DNA of 64,000 nt from Candidatus Binatia bacterium (GCA_963664015.2 CAXXLF010000002.1:1344001-1408000); one strand, 5' to 3'; counted from the first letter of the stretch, positions 1-9,472 are shown. Notes: generated by a model from the sequence alone, not told the origin. A program made the numbers and translations.

Positions 1-2025
1 GGCTTCAGGATCATTATCGGTCTTCTTAAGGTCCCTGGCGACTAGCTCCGCAACATCGAGGATCTCTACGGTTGGATCCGGTTCCTGATTGGCAGCCTCG
101 TCGGTAAGCATGCGCATGCAAAAGGGGCACCCAGTAGCGACGGTCTTAGCCCCAGTTTCCTTGAGTTCCCGGTAGCGATTTGTGCTGACTCTTTCTTTTC
201 CCTTTTCCTCTTCTTTCCAGAACTGTGCGCCACCGGCACCGCAGCAGAAGCTGTTTTCTCGATTGCGTTGGGGTTCTTTCAATTCGAACCCCAGTGATCG
301 CACGACCGAACGGGGCTGATCAAAAACCCGGTTGTGGCGTCCCAGGTAACAGGGATCGTGGTAGGTCACGTCAGCCGCGGATTTTTTCGGGAGACGAAGC
401 TTACCCGATTGAACCAATTCGTCAATATACTGGGTGTGATGCTTGACCACATAGTGTCCGCCCAATTGTGGATATTCGTTCCCAACGGTATGAAAACAGT
501 GGGGGCAATGGGTCACAATGACTTTTGGATTCACCGCATTCAGGGTTTCTATGTTCTCCGTTGCCATTTCGGCAAAGAGGTATTCGTTTCCCGCCCGTCG
601 GGCCGCATCCCCCGTGCATTTTTCCTGTTTACCCAGCACGGCCCAGTTCACGCCTGCCGCCTGAAAGATCTCGGCCATGCTTATGGCAATCTTCTGGATA
701 CGAGGGTCAAAAGAGGCGGCACAACCAACCCAATAGAGAACATCCGGATGGGGATTCTCTTCCGCTGTAGGTACGTGGAAGGGGAGTTTTTCCGTCCAGT
801 CGAGTCGCTTCTCCACAGGCAGTCCCCAGGGATTCCCGGAGGTCTCCATCCCCTGAAACGCCTGTTTCAAACCGCTAGGGAAATCTGACTCCATGAGGAC
901 CCGCTCACGTCGAATATCCAGGATATGAAGCACCTGCTCGTTGCCCACCGGACAGACTTCCACGCATGCATTGCAGGTGGTACAGGACCAGGCTGCTTCT
1001 TTACTGATGGCGAAATCCAGTAGTGGACGCGCCTCTCCGTTGTCATCAGAGCGGAGACCGGATGTACGATTGAGCTCGTATCTCTCATTGATGAGTAGTG
1101 CTGACGGGCTCAGCGGCTTGCCCGTGACATAGGCCGGGCAAACCTCCTGACAGCGGTTGCACATAATACAACTATAGGCATCAAGCAGCCGTGGCCAGGC
1201 AAAATCTTTTAGCGTCGCTACCCCAAAAGTCTCCTCATTTTCAAAATCCATGGGTTCCAGCACACCCGGTTTGTCCTTCTTTAGAGCGAGGTTCAATGGA
1301 GCCATCATGATGTGGATATGTTTGGACCTGGGAAAGTAGGGAATAAACACAAGGATCGAGCCCAGGGCCCCCCACCAGAAAAAGTGCTCCAGGCCCTCCA
1401 GTAAACCAGATTCCATACCAGCAAAGAAGCTTGCGAAATATCCGGCTACCGGCTGAAAAGGATCCGGTCCTTCATGGGCAAGCAGGGCCAACTGGGTCGC
1501 CTTGTTCAATAGACGGCTCCCCACATGGAAGATGATAAAGCCTCCCACAATGGCGGAATCCCGCGGGATCCCATCTCTGACATTTTCATGGAGAAGCACA
1601 TTCGAGGCAAATTTAAAATCCGCTGGCTTTACCAAGAAGCGTCGGACCATCAATCCCACAATGCCAAGGAGTACGCTCGCCGTCAGGAGATCTGCCAACA
1701 GGTTGAAGGGATTCCAGATCCCTCCCCGGGGAACCCAGGGGAAAAATCCCTCCAAGACATCCACCACGTTAACTAAAAAATAATAAACGAATCCATAAAA
1801 GACCATGGCATGGAGAAAGGATACCAAGGGTCGTTTATTGAAAAGACTCTGCTGGGTCAAAACGATCCACAGAGCGCTAAGAATCCGTTGGAGCGGACGA
1901 TCGAAGCGGTGGGAGGGCTTACCACCCGCAATGGCCTTGAATACGCGATAGAAACCGACACCGCCAAAGGACAGAGCTCCGATCACTAGAAGTACAAACG
2001 CGACCTTCTCTGCACTAGTCAGCAT
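1..2025 (-). CDS. Membrane-anchored (Fe-S)-binding oxidoreductase, FadF/HdrD/GlpC-like; 3' end runs off window
   Basis: ATG at 2025 with AAGGAG RBS, in frame with the window edge; hydrophobic N-half, ferredoxin motif CIMCNRCQEVCP, CCG-domain motifs CCGAGGAQFW and TGCPFCMRM near the edge. Absent from the ORF track because no stop lies in the window. Confidence 0.88.
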   Translation of the reverse strand, partial: MLTSAEKVAFVLLVIGALSFGGVGFYRVFKAIAGGKPSHRFDRPLQRILSALWIVLTQQSLFNKRPLVSFLHAMVFYGFVYYFLVNVVDVLEGFFPWVPRGGIWNPFNLLADLLTASVLLGIVGLMVRRFLVKPADFKFASNVLLHENVRDGIPRDSAIVGGFIIFHVGSRLLNKATQLALLAHEGPDPFQPVAGYFASFFAGMESGLLEGLEHFFWWGALGSILVFIPYFPRSKHIHIMMAPLNLALKKDKPGVLEPMDFENEETFGVATLKDFAWPRLLDAYSCIMCNRCQEVCPAYVTGKPLSPSALLINERYELNRTSGLRSDDNGEARPLLDFAISKEAAWSCTTCNACVEVCPVGNEQVLHILDIRRERVLMESDFPSGLKQAFQGMETSGNPWGLPVEKRLDWTEKLPFHVPTAEENPHPDVLYWVGCAASFDPRIQKIAISMAEIFQAAGVNWAVLGKQEKCTGDAARRAGNEYLFAEMATENIETLNAVNPKVIVTHCPHCFHTVGNEYPQLGGHYVVKHHTQYIDELVQSGKLRLPKKSAADVTYHDPCYLGRHNRVFDQPRSVVRSLGFELKEPQRNRENSFCCGAGGAQFWKEEEKGKERVSTNRYRELKETGAKTVATGCPFCMRMLTDEAANQEPDPTVEILDVAELVARDLKKTDNDPEA

Positions 2026-2176
2026 AGACTCTCCTTGGATTGTTTTGACGGCAAGACCATGATGGAAGCTTCGTCGGAGCGAAAACTCCGGCAGGAGCGG
2101 TCCAAGCTGGCGGCCTTGGGACCTGTCATGGCAATACCGCTGGTACCGCCAGGGAGCGGTTCACGTTCCCTATAAT

Positions 2177-2227
2177 TTTATCCGCCTTCGCAAAAGACCA
2201 TGGGCGTAAGCCCATGGAGGCTTCATT
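2177..2227 (-). repeat. Palindromic MITE/REP-like element, copy 1 (single-hairpin form)
   Basis: Minus strand AATGAAGCCTCCATGGGCTTACGCCCATGGTCTTTTGCGAAGGCGGATAAA; related copies at 3047, 7393 and 19790. Confidence 0.8.
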
Positions 2228-3002
2228 GATGGTATCCGAGGCGCTTGGAAAGCTCGCTGCCGCCCTTCAGGGTCATAGGAATGACCTCATTTTCAACCTT
2301 TTCCCGGGTCAAACGATGCCCCGGCCCAGTCACGGACAGACTTCCGACCAGATCCCGGGTGTAATCCCGTACCGGAACCGCAACACAAGTTACATCATCG
2401 ACGTATTCACCGAGGTCCAACGCATAACCCGCCTCGCTGACCTCTTGGATCTGCCGAAGAAGGACCTGCCGATCCACAATCGTCTTATCCGTATAGCGTT
2501 CCAGAATTTCCGGAATGCCATGACGGAGTTCTTCTTCCGATCCAAACGCGAGATGGACCTTACCCGGTGCCGTACAGTATAGGGGTAACGTCTCCCCTAC
2601 AAATGTGCCCACTCGAACAAGGCTCTGGGACTCAACGAAGTTCAAAGGGACAACGCCCATACCTTTTCGCAGCGATACGTACGCGCTCTCACCGGTTTCC
2701 TTTACCAAAGTCTGAAGTGCGGATTGAGCCTGGTGCAAAAACCCGATCTGACCCACATAGGCCTGGCCCAATTGTAAACACCGCAAACCGAGACGATAGT
2801 TTTCCGTTGCCTTGTTTTGTTCGATGTATCCCCTCGCCTCCAGGGTTGCCAATAGCCGAAAAACATTATTTTTATGAAGCTTCAATCTCTTGCTAAGCTC
2901 GGTGACCCCAATTTCATCTCCGCTGCCGGGAAACTGCTCCAGGACATCGAGAGCATGAGAGACAGAGTGGATGACATAGTTTGACTTCTCTCTGCGCACC
3001 AT
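2223..3002 (-). CDS. IclR family transcriptional regulator
   Basis: MVRREKSNYVIHSVSHALDVLE, HTH GVTELSKRLKLHKNNVFRLLATL, C-terminal effector domain (PLYCTAPGK, VAVPVRD); GGAGGAG RBS before ATG 3002. Confidence 0.93.
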   Translation of the reverse strand: MVRREKSNYVIHSVSHALDVLEQFPGSGDEIGVTELSKRLKLHKNNVFRLLATLEARGYIEQNKATENYRLGLRCLQLGQAYVGQIGFLHQAQSALQTLVKETGESAYVSLRKGMGVVPLNFVESQSLVRVGTFVGETLPLYCTAPGKVHLAFGSEEELRHGIPEILERYTDKTIVDRQVLLRQIQEVSEAGYALDLGEYVDDVTCVAVPVRDYTRDLVGSLSVTGPGHRLTREKVENEVIPMTLKGGSELSKRLGYHQ

Positions 3003-3046
3003 AACTCCTCCATGGGAAGTAAATTTATTTATACAATATTCCCAGG

Positions 3047-3173
3047 AATGAAGCCTCCACGGGTTTACACCCGTGGTATCCTTCCTCTCTTCGGCGGAAT
3101 CCGCCGAAGCACCTACCTTTGCCAATGCTACGGTAGGTCCCACCGTCGCATTCATCCATGGGCTTACGCCCAT
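3047..3173 (+). repeat. Palindromic MITE/REP-like element, copy 2 (two-hairpin form)
   Basis: AATGAAGCCTCCACGGGTTTACACCCGTGGTATCCTTCC...TTCGGCGGAATCCGCCGAAG...TTCATCCATGGGCTTACGCCCAT. Confidence 0.8.
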
Positions 3174-3189
3174 AACAAAAAAACGTTTT

Positions 3190-3218
3190 AATTTATCGCA
3201 CGACCTTGGTGTTGTCAA
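3190..3218 (-). promoter_or_regulatory. Sigma70-type promoter for iclR
   Basis: Minus strand TTGACA-17 nt-TAAATT. Confidence 0.6.
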
Positions 3219-3247
3219 ACGGGGGTTTGGAACGGGAACTGGCGCGG

Positions 3248-3898
3248 TTAGAACTTGTCCGGGACCTTTTCCCAATCTTTCAGGAAACGTTCGATCCCGA
3301 TATCGGTTAGTGGGTGTTTTGTGAGTTGCTTGAGCACAGCAAACGGAACGGTAGCTACGTGAGCGCCCATGAGGGCCGCTGTTAATACGTGGATCGGATG
3401 GCGAACACTCGCGACTAACACCTCCGTGGAAAATCCATAATTACTGTATATTGCGACAATTTGCTCAATCACTTCCATGCCGCTTTGCGAAACGTCATCG
3501 AGGCGGCCGACAAAAGGACTGATATAACTGGCACCAGCCTTTGCGGCGAGCAATGCTTGCACGGGTGTAAAACAGAGGGTCACGTTGGTTTTAATACCTT
3601 TGTTCTTCAAGGCCCTTACCGCCTTGAGTCCCTCGGTTGTCAATGGGACTTTGACAACCACGTTTTTCCCGTAACGAATCAGTTTCTCCCCTTCCCGTAC
3701 CATCCCGTCGGCGTCCAAGCTGACGGTCTCGAGACTGATAGGGCCATCAACCAGCGCACAGATCTCGCTAACCACCTCGTCGAAGCGGCGCCCAGTCTTG
3801 GCAACGAGCGTTGGATTGGTCGTTACTCCATCGATCAACCCCATACTATGAGCCTCTGAGATCTCGCCTATATCCGCAGTATCGAGGAAAAACTTCAT
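3248..3898 (-). CDS. tal: Transaldolase / fructose-6-phosphate aldolase family
   Basis: [31 protein letters not shown]; GGAGGG RBS. Confidence 0.95.
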   Translation of the reverse strand: MKFFLDTADIGEISEAHSMGLIDGVTTNPTLVAKTGRRFDEVVSEICALVDGPISLETVSLDADGMVREGEKLIRYGKNVVVKVPLTTEGLKAVRALKNKGIKTNVTLCFTPVQALLAAKAGASYISPFVGRLDDVSQSGMEVIEQIVAIYSNYGFSTEVLVASVRHPIHVLTAALMGAHVATVPFAVLKQLTKHPLTDIGIERFLKDWEKVPDKF

Positions 3899-4040
3899 AC
3901 TCCCTCCCTGGTGCATATCTAGCATCGTTTACGAGGAATGCCAATGAAATATGGCAGTTCGCACAACGGTCAACTGCGTTGGTTGTTCCCCCTGGCTATT
4001 TTAGTTAAAATAAGCAAGTTTTTTCGTAGGTTTTATTAAT

Positions 4041-4469
4041 ATGGGATCCAAAGGCCTATACGGCATTCTGGCCATGGGAGAGTTGGTTGAGGACTATAGT
4101 AGTCAACAGCCCATGCACGTGAAAGATATTGCCCAGCGGCAGAATATCCCCGAAGAGTACCTGAGCCAGATTATGGTGGTGCTCAAGCGTGCCAATCTAG
4201 TCCATGGAACGAGGGGGCCCGGCGGCGGGTATCGCTTGGCTCACCCACCGGAAAAGATCACAGTCGGTCAGGTCGTCAAATGCCTTGAAGGCCCCATCTT
4301 AGCTCTGGATACGAAGAACCAAAAGCGTCTCTTTGCCTCATCAACCGTCGTGCGCAGACTTACCGTGATCTGGGACCAGGCCATGGAGGCAGCGGACAAT
4401 ATCCTCGATGAAACCTCTCTGGCAGACCTTTGCAAGCCCGACGAGAGGAGCCAGATGTACTACATCTGA
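4041..4469 (+). CDS. Rrf2 family transcriptional regulator (CymR-like, no IscR Cys triad)
   Basis: KGLYG, DIAQRQNIPEEYLSQI, RGPGGGYRLA, C-terminal MYYI. Confidence 0.92.
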   Translation: MGSKGLYGILAMGELVEDYSSQQPMHVKDIAQRQNIPEEYLSQIMVVLKRANLVHGTRGPGGGYRLAHPPEKITVGQVVKCLEGPILALDTKNQKRLFASSTVVRRLTVIWDQAMEAADNILDETSLADLCKPDERSQMYYI

Positions 4470-4537
4470 CCGGCAACCCCATGGCCCAAGCAGCCGGGCC
4501 TTTCAGGTTATCCCAAAGCCTTAGGTCGTCTGAATCT

Positions 4538-6037
4538 ATGCTTCAACCTTCGTTTCGTGATTTTTGCCGTCTTTCAAAACAAGGCAACCTCGTTCCGGTC
4601 CATCGAGAGCTCCTTATGGACCTGGAGACGCCGCTCTCCTTCTTCAAGAGACTCAAGCGAAACCGATACGCCTTTCTCCTCGAGAGCGTGGAGGGAAGCG
4701 AACGTTGGGCCCGCTATTCGTTTCTGGGAACGAACCCTTATCTCGTCTTCAAGGCCAAGGGAACCCAGGTCGAGATCATCGACGGCGGGAAAAAGCGGGC
4801 CTTGACAACAGAGGAGCCCCTCAAGGTGTTGCAGGATCTCCTCGACCAGTATCGACCGGTTATCGTGGACGGGATGCCCCCCTTCTCTGGCGGCGCCTTG
4901 GGCTATGTTTCCTACGACGCGGTGGAGCAACTCCACGACATCGCCAGCTTTCAACCGGACCCCCACCAAGTACCCACGGTTTTTTTTATCTTTGTTCAGA
5001 CTCTCGTCGCCTTTGACAACCTAAAACACACCATCAAAGTAATCGACAATGTCAGACTGGATGGGAAGGTCAGCCTGAAAAAGGCATACAGTGAGGCGAG
5101 CGCTAGGATCGAGGGACTGGTTTCTTCCCTGCAGAAAAAGACCAGCGCCTTGGAGACCCGCGAGATCGAAGCTGGGGCCGCCAGCAAAAAACCCCGATCC
5201 AATCTGTCTCCTGCAGCTTTCCACACCATGGTTCAACGAGCCAAGGAATACATAAGAGCGGGCGATGTTATTCAGGTCGTGCTTTCCCAGAGACTGGAAA
5301 CCGAGACCCAGGCGGATCCATTCGAAGTCTATCGCGCCCTCCGATTCGTCAACCCATCCCCCTATATGTTTTACCTGGAATTGGAAGAGGTGCGGCTCAT
5401 CGGTTCATCCCCGGAAACCTTGGTACGCTTGACCGATGGGAATATCGAGCTCCGTCCCATCGCCGGCACACGGCGGCGGGGGGCCACCCCTTCGGAAGAA
5501 AGAGAGTTAGAGTTGGACCTCCTGGCAGACCCCAAGGAGCGGGCAGAGCATATCATGCTAGTCGACTTGGGTAGAAACGACGTGGGACGGGCAGCGGAAA
5601 TCGGTACCGTTGAGGTCAACGAACTAATGGTGATCGAACGCTATTCCCACGTCATCCACCTGGGTTCCAACATCCGGGGTAGGATGGCAGCCGGTAAAAG
5701 CCCACTAGATCTCTTTATTTCCTGCTTCCCAGCTGGCACCGTATCGGGAGCACCAAAAATCCGGGCCATGGAAATTATCAGCGAATTGGAGCCTCAGCGG
5801 CGAGGTCCCTACGCAGGGGCCATGGGATATCTGAGCTTCAACGGGAACCTAGATACGTGCATTATCATCCGCACCATCATGATCCAGGGTAAGAAGGTAT
5901 CCATCCAGGCTGGGGCAGGCATCGTGGCGGATTCGGATCCCGAGATGGAGTATCAGGAAACCATGAACAAGGCAGGTGCCATGCTAAAGGCCATCGATCT
6001 GGCCGAGGGGTGGAGCCGGCGTTCGAGGAAAAAATGA
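4538..6037 (+). CDS. trpE: Anthranilate synthase component I
   Basis: FLLESVEG, ARYSF, NPSPYM, GSSPE, RPIAGT, EHIMLVDLGRND, PAGTVSGAPK. Confidence 0.95.
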   Translation: MLQPSFRDFCRLSKQGNLVPVHRELLMDLETPLSFFKRLKRNRYAFLLESVEGSERWARYSFLGTNPYLVFKAKGTQVEIIDGGKKRALTTEEPLKVLQDLLDQYRPVIVDGMPPFSGGALGYVSYDAVEQLHDIASFQPDPHQVPTVFFIFVQTLVAFDNLKHTIKVIDNVRLDGKVSLKKAYSEASARIEGLVSSLQKKTSALETREIEAGAASKKPRSNLSPAAFHTMVQRAKEYIRAGDVIQVVLSQRLETETQADPFEVYRALRFVNPSPYMFYLELEEVRLIGSSPETLVRLTDGNIELRPIAGTRRRGATPSEERELELDLLADPKERAEHIMLVDLGRNDVGRAAEIGTVEVNELMVIERYSHVIHLGSNIRGRMAAGKSPLDLFISCFPAGTVSGAPKIRAMEIISELEPQRRGPYAGAMGYLSFNGNLDTCIIIRTIMIQGKKVSIQAGAGIVADSDPEMEYQETMNKAGAMLKAIDLAEGWSRRSRKK

Positions 6038-6600
6038 TCCTCCTCATTGATAACTACGATTCCTTCACTTACAACCTCTACCATTACCTCGGGGAACTGG
6101 GAGCCGAGGTCAGGGTCTACCTCAACGACAAGATTTCCTGCGATGAGATCGCGCAGATAAAGCCCGAAAAGATCGTCATCTCTCCCGGACCCTGTACACC
6201 CAAGGAGGCCGGGATCTCCTGTGCCGTGATCCAACGATTTGCCCAGCACGTGCCGATTCTCGGTGTATGCCTGGGGCACCAATGCATCGGCGCCGCTTAT
6301 GGTGGAAGGATAGTCCGCACGTCCGAGATTATGCATGGAAAACTGTCCGACGTCTTCCACGACTCTCAAACCATCTATCGCTCCCTAAAAAACCCCCTGC
6401 CTGCCATGCGTTACCACTCCCTGGTCATAGACCCCACCAGTCTTCCCAGCGAGTTCGCCGTCAGTGCGCACACCTCGGACAACGTGATTATGGGCATCCG
6501 CCATCGCACCCTCCCCCTGGAAGGAGTCCAGTTCCATCCCGAGTCCATCTTCACCGAAGAGGGAAAGGGCCTGTTGAAGAATTTCCTGGACTACTACTAA
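6034..6600 (+). CDS. trpG: Anthranilate/aminodeoxychorismate synthase glutamine amidotransferase component II
   Basis: IDNYDSFTYN, SPGP, GVCLGHQ, RYHSL, QFHPES; ATGA overlap with trpE. Confidence 0.95.
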   Translation: MILLIDNYDSFTYNLYHYLGELGAEVRVYLNDKISCDEIAQIKPEKIVISPGPCTPKEAGISCAVIQRFAQHVPILGVCLGHQCIGAAYGGRIVRTSEIMHGKLSDVFHDSQTIYRSLKNPLPAMRYHSLVIDPTSLPSEFAVSAHTSDNVIMGIRHRTLPLEGVQFHPESIFTEEGKGLLKNFLDYY

Positions 6601-6607
6601 CCAGCTG

Positions 6608-6900
6608 GCAGTGAGCAGCGGGCAGCAAAGCGGTATTCAGTACTGAGTTACGAGGACTGAGTACTGAGCGGGGAGGGATGAGAATCGAGGATTGAGGATC
6701 GAAGATAGCAACATGAAAGAGGGAAATTAACCGCAGATTATCGCCGATCATTATCTGGCCATTCTGGCCAGAACTTATTACTCCTTTCACTTTATTTTTT
6801 CTCATCCCTTTCCGATGCTGACAGCTGAAAGCTAATGGCTGATAGCCTATTCCGCTTTACACTTAACCCTGCCTTCGCTGTTTTCTGCTATCTGCCTACT
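6608..6900. repeat. Nested heptamer-repeat / inverted-repeat region between convergent trpG and VOC genes
   Basis: GCAGTGA-GCAGCGG-GCAGCAA; CAGTACT-GAGTTAC-GAGGACT-GAGTACT; GAGAATC-GAGGATT-GAGGATC; GCTGACA-GCTGAAA-GCTAATG-GCTGATA; perfect inverted repeat AGGGATGAGAA/TTCTCATCCCT. Confidence 0.75.
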
Positions 6901-6963
6901 AGTTTCCCTTGGCGCGATAATCTTCGTTGGAGTTGTTGTGTTGAATATTCTATCCGCAAGAAT

Positions 6964-7371
6964 TTAATAACAGCGCAACTCGATTTCGTTTCTGTCTGGA
7001 TCCAAGATATAAATCGAGGTAGCACGGCCCCGGGCACCCCATCGGGACACTGGACCCGTGATGACCTCTACCCCTTTTTCCTTCAGGAAATCCAGAACCA
7101 TTGAGAAGTCCACTTGATCTACCACGAGACAGAAGTGATTCAGGTTTCCCCGTATCGTTCCTCTGTCTGCAGGGGATTCCCCATTCGGACTGAGATCGAT
7201 CAAGGTATGTTCATTGATCCTGACCGAGGGAAACCCGACCTCTCCCTCTCTGAACGCCTGGATTCTTTCTCCCTTGAGGCCTAAAGGACCCATATAAAAG
7301 GCAAGGGATCTTTCCGCATCGGCAACGTTCAAAACAATATGGTCCATCTCTTTGACCTGGATCGGTATCAT
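6964..7371 (-). CDS. VOC/glyoxalase family protein
   Basis: MDHIVLNVADAERSLAFY, LNHFCL, SIYILDPDRNEIELR. Confidence 0.9.
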   Translation of the reverse strand: MIPIQVKEMDHIVLNVADAERSLAFYMGPLGLKGERIQAFREGEVGFPSVRINEHTLIDLSPNGESPADRGTIRGNLNHFCLVVDQVDFSMVLDFLKEKGVEVITGPVSRWGARGRATSIYILDPDRNEIELRCY

Positions 7372-7392
7372 AATGTGCCTCCCTTGCCTCTT

Positions 7393-7484
7393 ATGAAGCC
7401 TCCACGGAATTACGCCCGTGGTATCCTTCCTTATCTTCGGCGGAATCTGCGGTCGCATCAGTTCCGGTTGCGAAGGCGGAATAA
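7393..7484 (+). repeat. Palindromic MITE/REP-like element, copy 3
   Basis: ATGAAGCCTCCACGGAATTACGCCCGTGGTATCCTTCC...TTCGGCGGAATC...TTGCGAAGGCGGAATAA; carries both element ends. Confidence 0.8.
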
Positions 7485-7521
7485 TCGCGTACTCGAGAAA
7501 GGATGGTTTTACCCATGGGAA

Positions 7522-7758
7522 TCAGCGAGACAGGTAGCTACGAGCGCACTCCTCGCTACAGAAATAGTATTCGCCTCGCTGGAGGGCATCACTCTTGGGA
7601 ATATAACTTTGGCATTGAGGGTCCAAAACCATCTCCTCACCGGGATCCTTCCCACTACTACCAGCCGATCCTCTGCCCTTGCCGCGAGAGAGGAACGAAT
7701 ACACCAGGAGTAAAATAATATAGAGGAAAAGAAAGAGAACTAATAGCCGAAGAATCAA
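7522..7758 (-). CDS. Small membrane-anchored YHS/TRASH-domain protein (PP0621-like)
   Basis: N-terminal hydrophobic helix, then EEMVLDPQCQSYIP and YYFCSEEC. Confidence 0.8.
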   Translation of the reverse strand: MILRLLVLFLFLYIILLLVYSFLSRGKGRGSAGSSGKDPGEEMVLDPQCQSYIPKSDALQRGEYYFCSEECARSYLSR

Positions 7759-7790
7759 CGGACCGCCTTTCCAGACATAGGAACCGTCAA

Positions 7791-8282
7791 CTAGAATCTC
7801 GACAGACTGACTTTTTTGCTGTCATTGACATGGACCAGAAGCTGGGAGATCGTCATGCCCAGTACCGGGTGAATGACCTGAGGCGCGATTTCACTCAGCG
7901 GGACCAGAACGAACTTTCTGTTGTGCATTTCCGGATGGGGCACGATTACGTCTTTCCTTTTATACTTGAGATTATTATAGAGCAGGAGATCTAAGTCAAT
8001 AATACGGGCCCCCCAACGTTTACGGACCTTTTTTCGCCCCATGGCCCGCTCGATATCCTTGAACTTCTTTAGCAATAATTCGGGGCCTAATTCGGTCTCA
8101 ACCTCAATTGCCCCATTGACGAACCACTCCTTGGAGTCGCCCAGGGGCTCGCTGGCGTAGAACGAAGACTCCTTGGTGATCCGCGTGCTGGGTAACTGAC
8201 CGATTCGGTCCAGCGCCTCTAGGAAGTTTTCCTTTTTTTTACCCTGATTAGAACCGATACCAATGAAGACTTGATGTGCCAC
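7791..8282 (-). CDS. folK: 2-amino-4-hydroxy-6-hydroxymethyldihydropteridine diphosphokinase
   Basis: FIGIGSNQG, IERAMGR, WGARIIDLDLL, PHPEMHNRKFVLVPL; GTG start with AGAGG RBS. Confidence 0.95.
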   Translation of the reverse strand: MAHQVFIGIGSNQGKKKENFLEALDRIGQLPSTRITKESSFYASEPLGDSKEWFVNGAIEVETELGPELLLKKFKDIERAMGRKKVRKRWGARIIDLDLLLYNNLKYKRKDVIVPHPEMHNRKFVLVPLSEIAPQVIHPVLGMTISQLLVHVNDSKKVSLSRF

Positions 8283-8302
8283 GGCAACCTCTCTGAGAAT
8301 AT

Positions 8303-9472
8303 TTAGAAATTTACGCTCTTGATCCGGTCCACGACTTCCTTCAAACGTTCCTTGGCAACGCACAGCGTAAAGCGGATATAACCCTCGCCGGATGCGCCAA
8401 AGCCATTACCCGGTGTGCTGATGATACCGGCCTCCTCAAGCAGGCGGGTAGCGAGTTGAGCTGAGGTATACCCCTTCGGCACCGGAACCCAGACATAAAA
8501 TGTGGCCTTCGGCTTCTCGCATTCAAGCCCCGCTGCATGGAGCGCCGACACAAGGACATCCCTCCGTTCCTCATAGATCTTCCGCGTGGGCTCTATCAAT
8601 TCCTCCGCCCTTTGCAGGGCCTCAATCCCTGCCTCCTGAACGGCTTGGAAAGCCCCCGAATCGATGTTGGACTTCACCTGGGCCAAACCGCCCACCAGAT
8701 TTGCATTTCCAACAGCCATCCCCAAACGCCAACCTGTCATATTGAAAGTCTTGGACAGGGAATGAAACTCGATCCCCACCTCTTTAGCCCCGTCCACCTG
8801 CAGTAAGCTCATGGGCCGGTAACCGTCAAAACTTATCTCCGTATAGGCCGCATCGTGGCACAGGATAATCTTGTTACGGTGGGCAAATTCAATGATTTCT
8901 TGAAAAAATTCCTTTTCTGCAACAGCAGCAGTGGGATTGTTTGGGTAACCAAACCAGAGCATTTTTGCCTGATCGACGACGTCCTTTGGAATAGCCTTGA
9001 GATCTGGAAGGAAGTGGTTTTCTTTGCGCAGCGGGAGGTAATGGACCTTTCCACCGTTAAATTGGGTCCCGATCTGGTAGACAGGGTAGCCCGGATCAGT
9101 AACCAGAACCAGATCTCCTGGATCCACGAACGCCACCGCCATGTTGGCGATTCCCTCCTTGGAACCGATTAACGAGATGACTTCATTAGCCGGGTCCAAC
9201 TTCACGCTAAAGCGCCGTTGATACCAATCGGATACGGCCTGACGATAGGCGAGCATACCCGCGCTGCTAGGATAACGGTGATTATCGGGCTTGTGGGCCG
9301 CCTCCTTGAGCTTTTCGATGATGGGAAGCGGGGTCGGGATGTCGGGATCTCCAATTCCCAGGTCGATAAGGTCGACTCCTCTGGCCAATGCCTCCTTTTT
9401 CTTGCGATCGATCTCAGCAAACAGATACGGCGGTAACTCTTTAATTCTCTTAGCTTTTTCTAACTTTGCCAC
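8303..9472 (-). CDS. dapL: LL-diaminopimelate aminotransferase
   Basis: LPPYLFAEID, DLGIGDPD, LIGSKEG, YPNNPT, HSLSKTFNMTGWR. Confidence 0.88.
   Translation of the reverse strand: MAKLEKAKRIKELPPYLFAEIDRKKKEALARGVDLIDLGIGDPDIPTPLPIIEKLKEAAHKPDNHRYPSSAGMLAYRQAVSDWYQRRFSVKLDPANEVISLIGSKEGIANMAVAFVDPGDLVLVTDPGYPVYQIGTQFNGGKVHYLPLRKENHFLPDLKAIPKDVVDQAKMLWFGYPNNPTAAVAEKEFFQEIIEFAHRNKIILCHDAAYTEISFDGYRPMSLLQVDGAKEVGIEFHSLSKTFNMTGWRLGMAVGNANLVGGLAQVKSNIDSGAFQAVQEAGIEALQRAEELIEPTRKIYEERRDVLVSALHAAGLECEKPKATFYVWVPVPKGYTSAQLATRLLEEAGIISTPGNGFGASGEGYIRFTLCVAKERLKEVVDRIKSVNF

Noticed and set aside
3003-3275. 90-aa N-terminal extension of IclR (likewise extensions of VOC and LdcA in the track)
   Set aside because: The extensions translate the palindromic element or promoter DNA; good RBS and family start lie downstream.
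4470-4537. trp attenuator upstream of trpE (GGCCC..GGGCC TTT hairpin)
   Set aside because: No Trp-codon leader peptide, T-box or TRAP repeats; weak stem.
6600-6960. CRISPR array
   Set aside because: Repeats are 7-nt degenerate tandems without unique spacers; no cas genes in the window.
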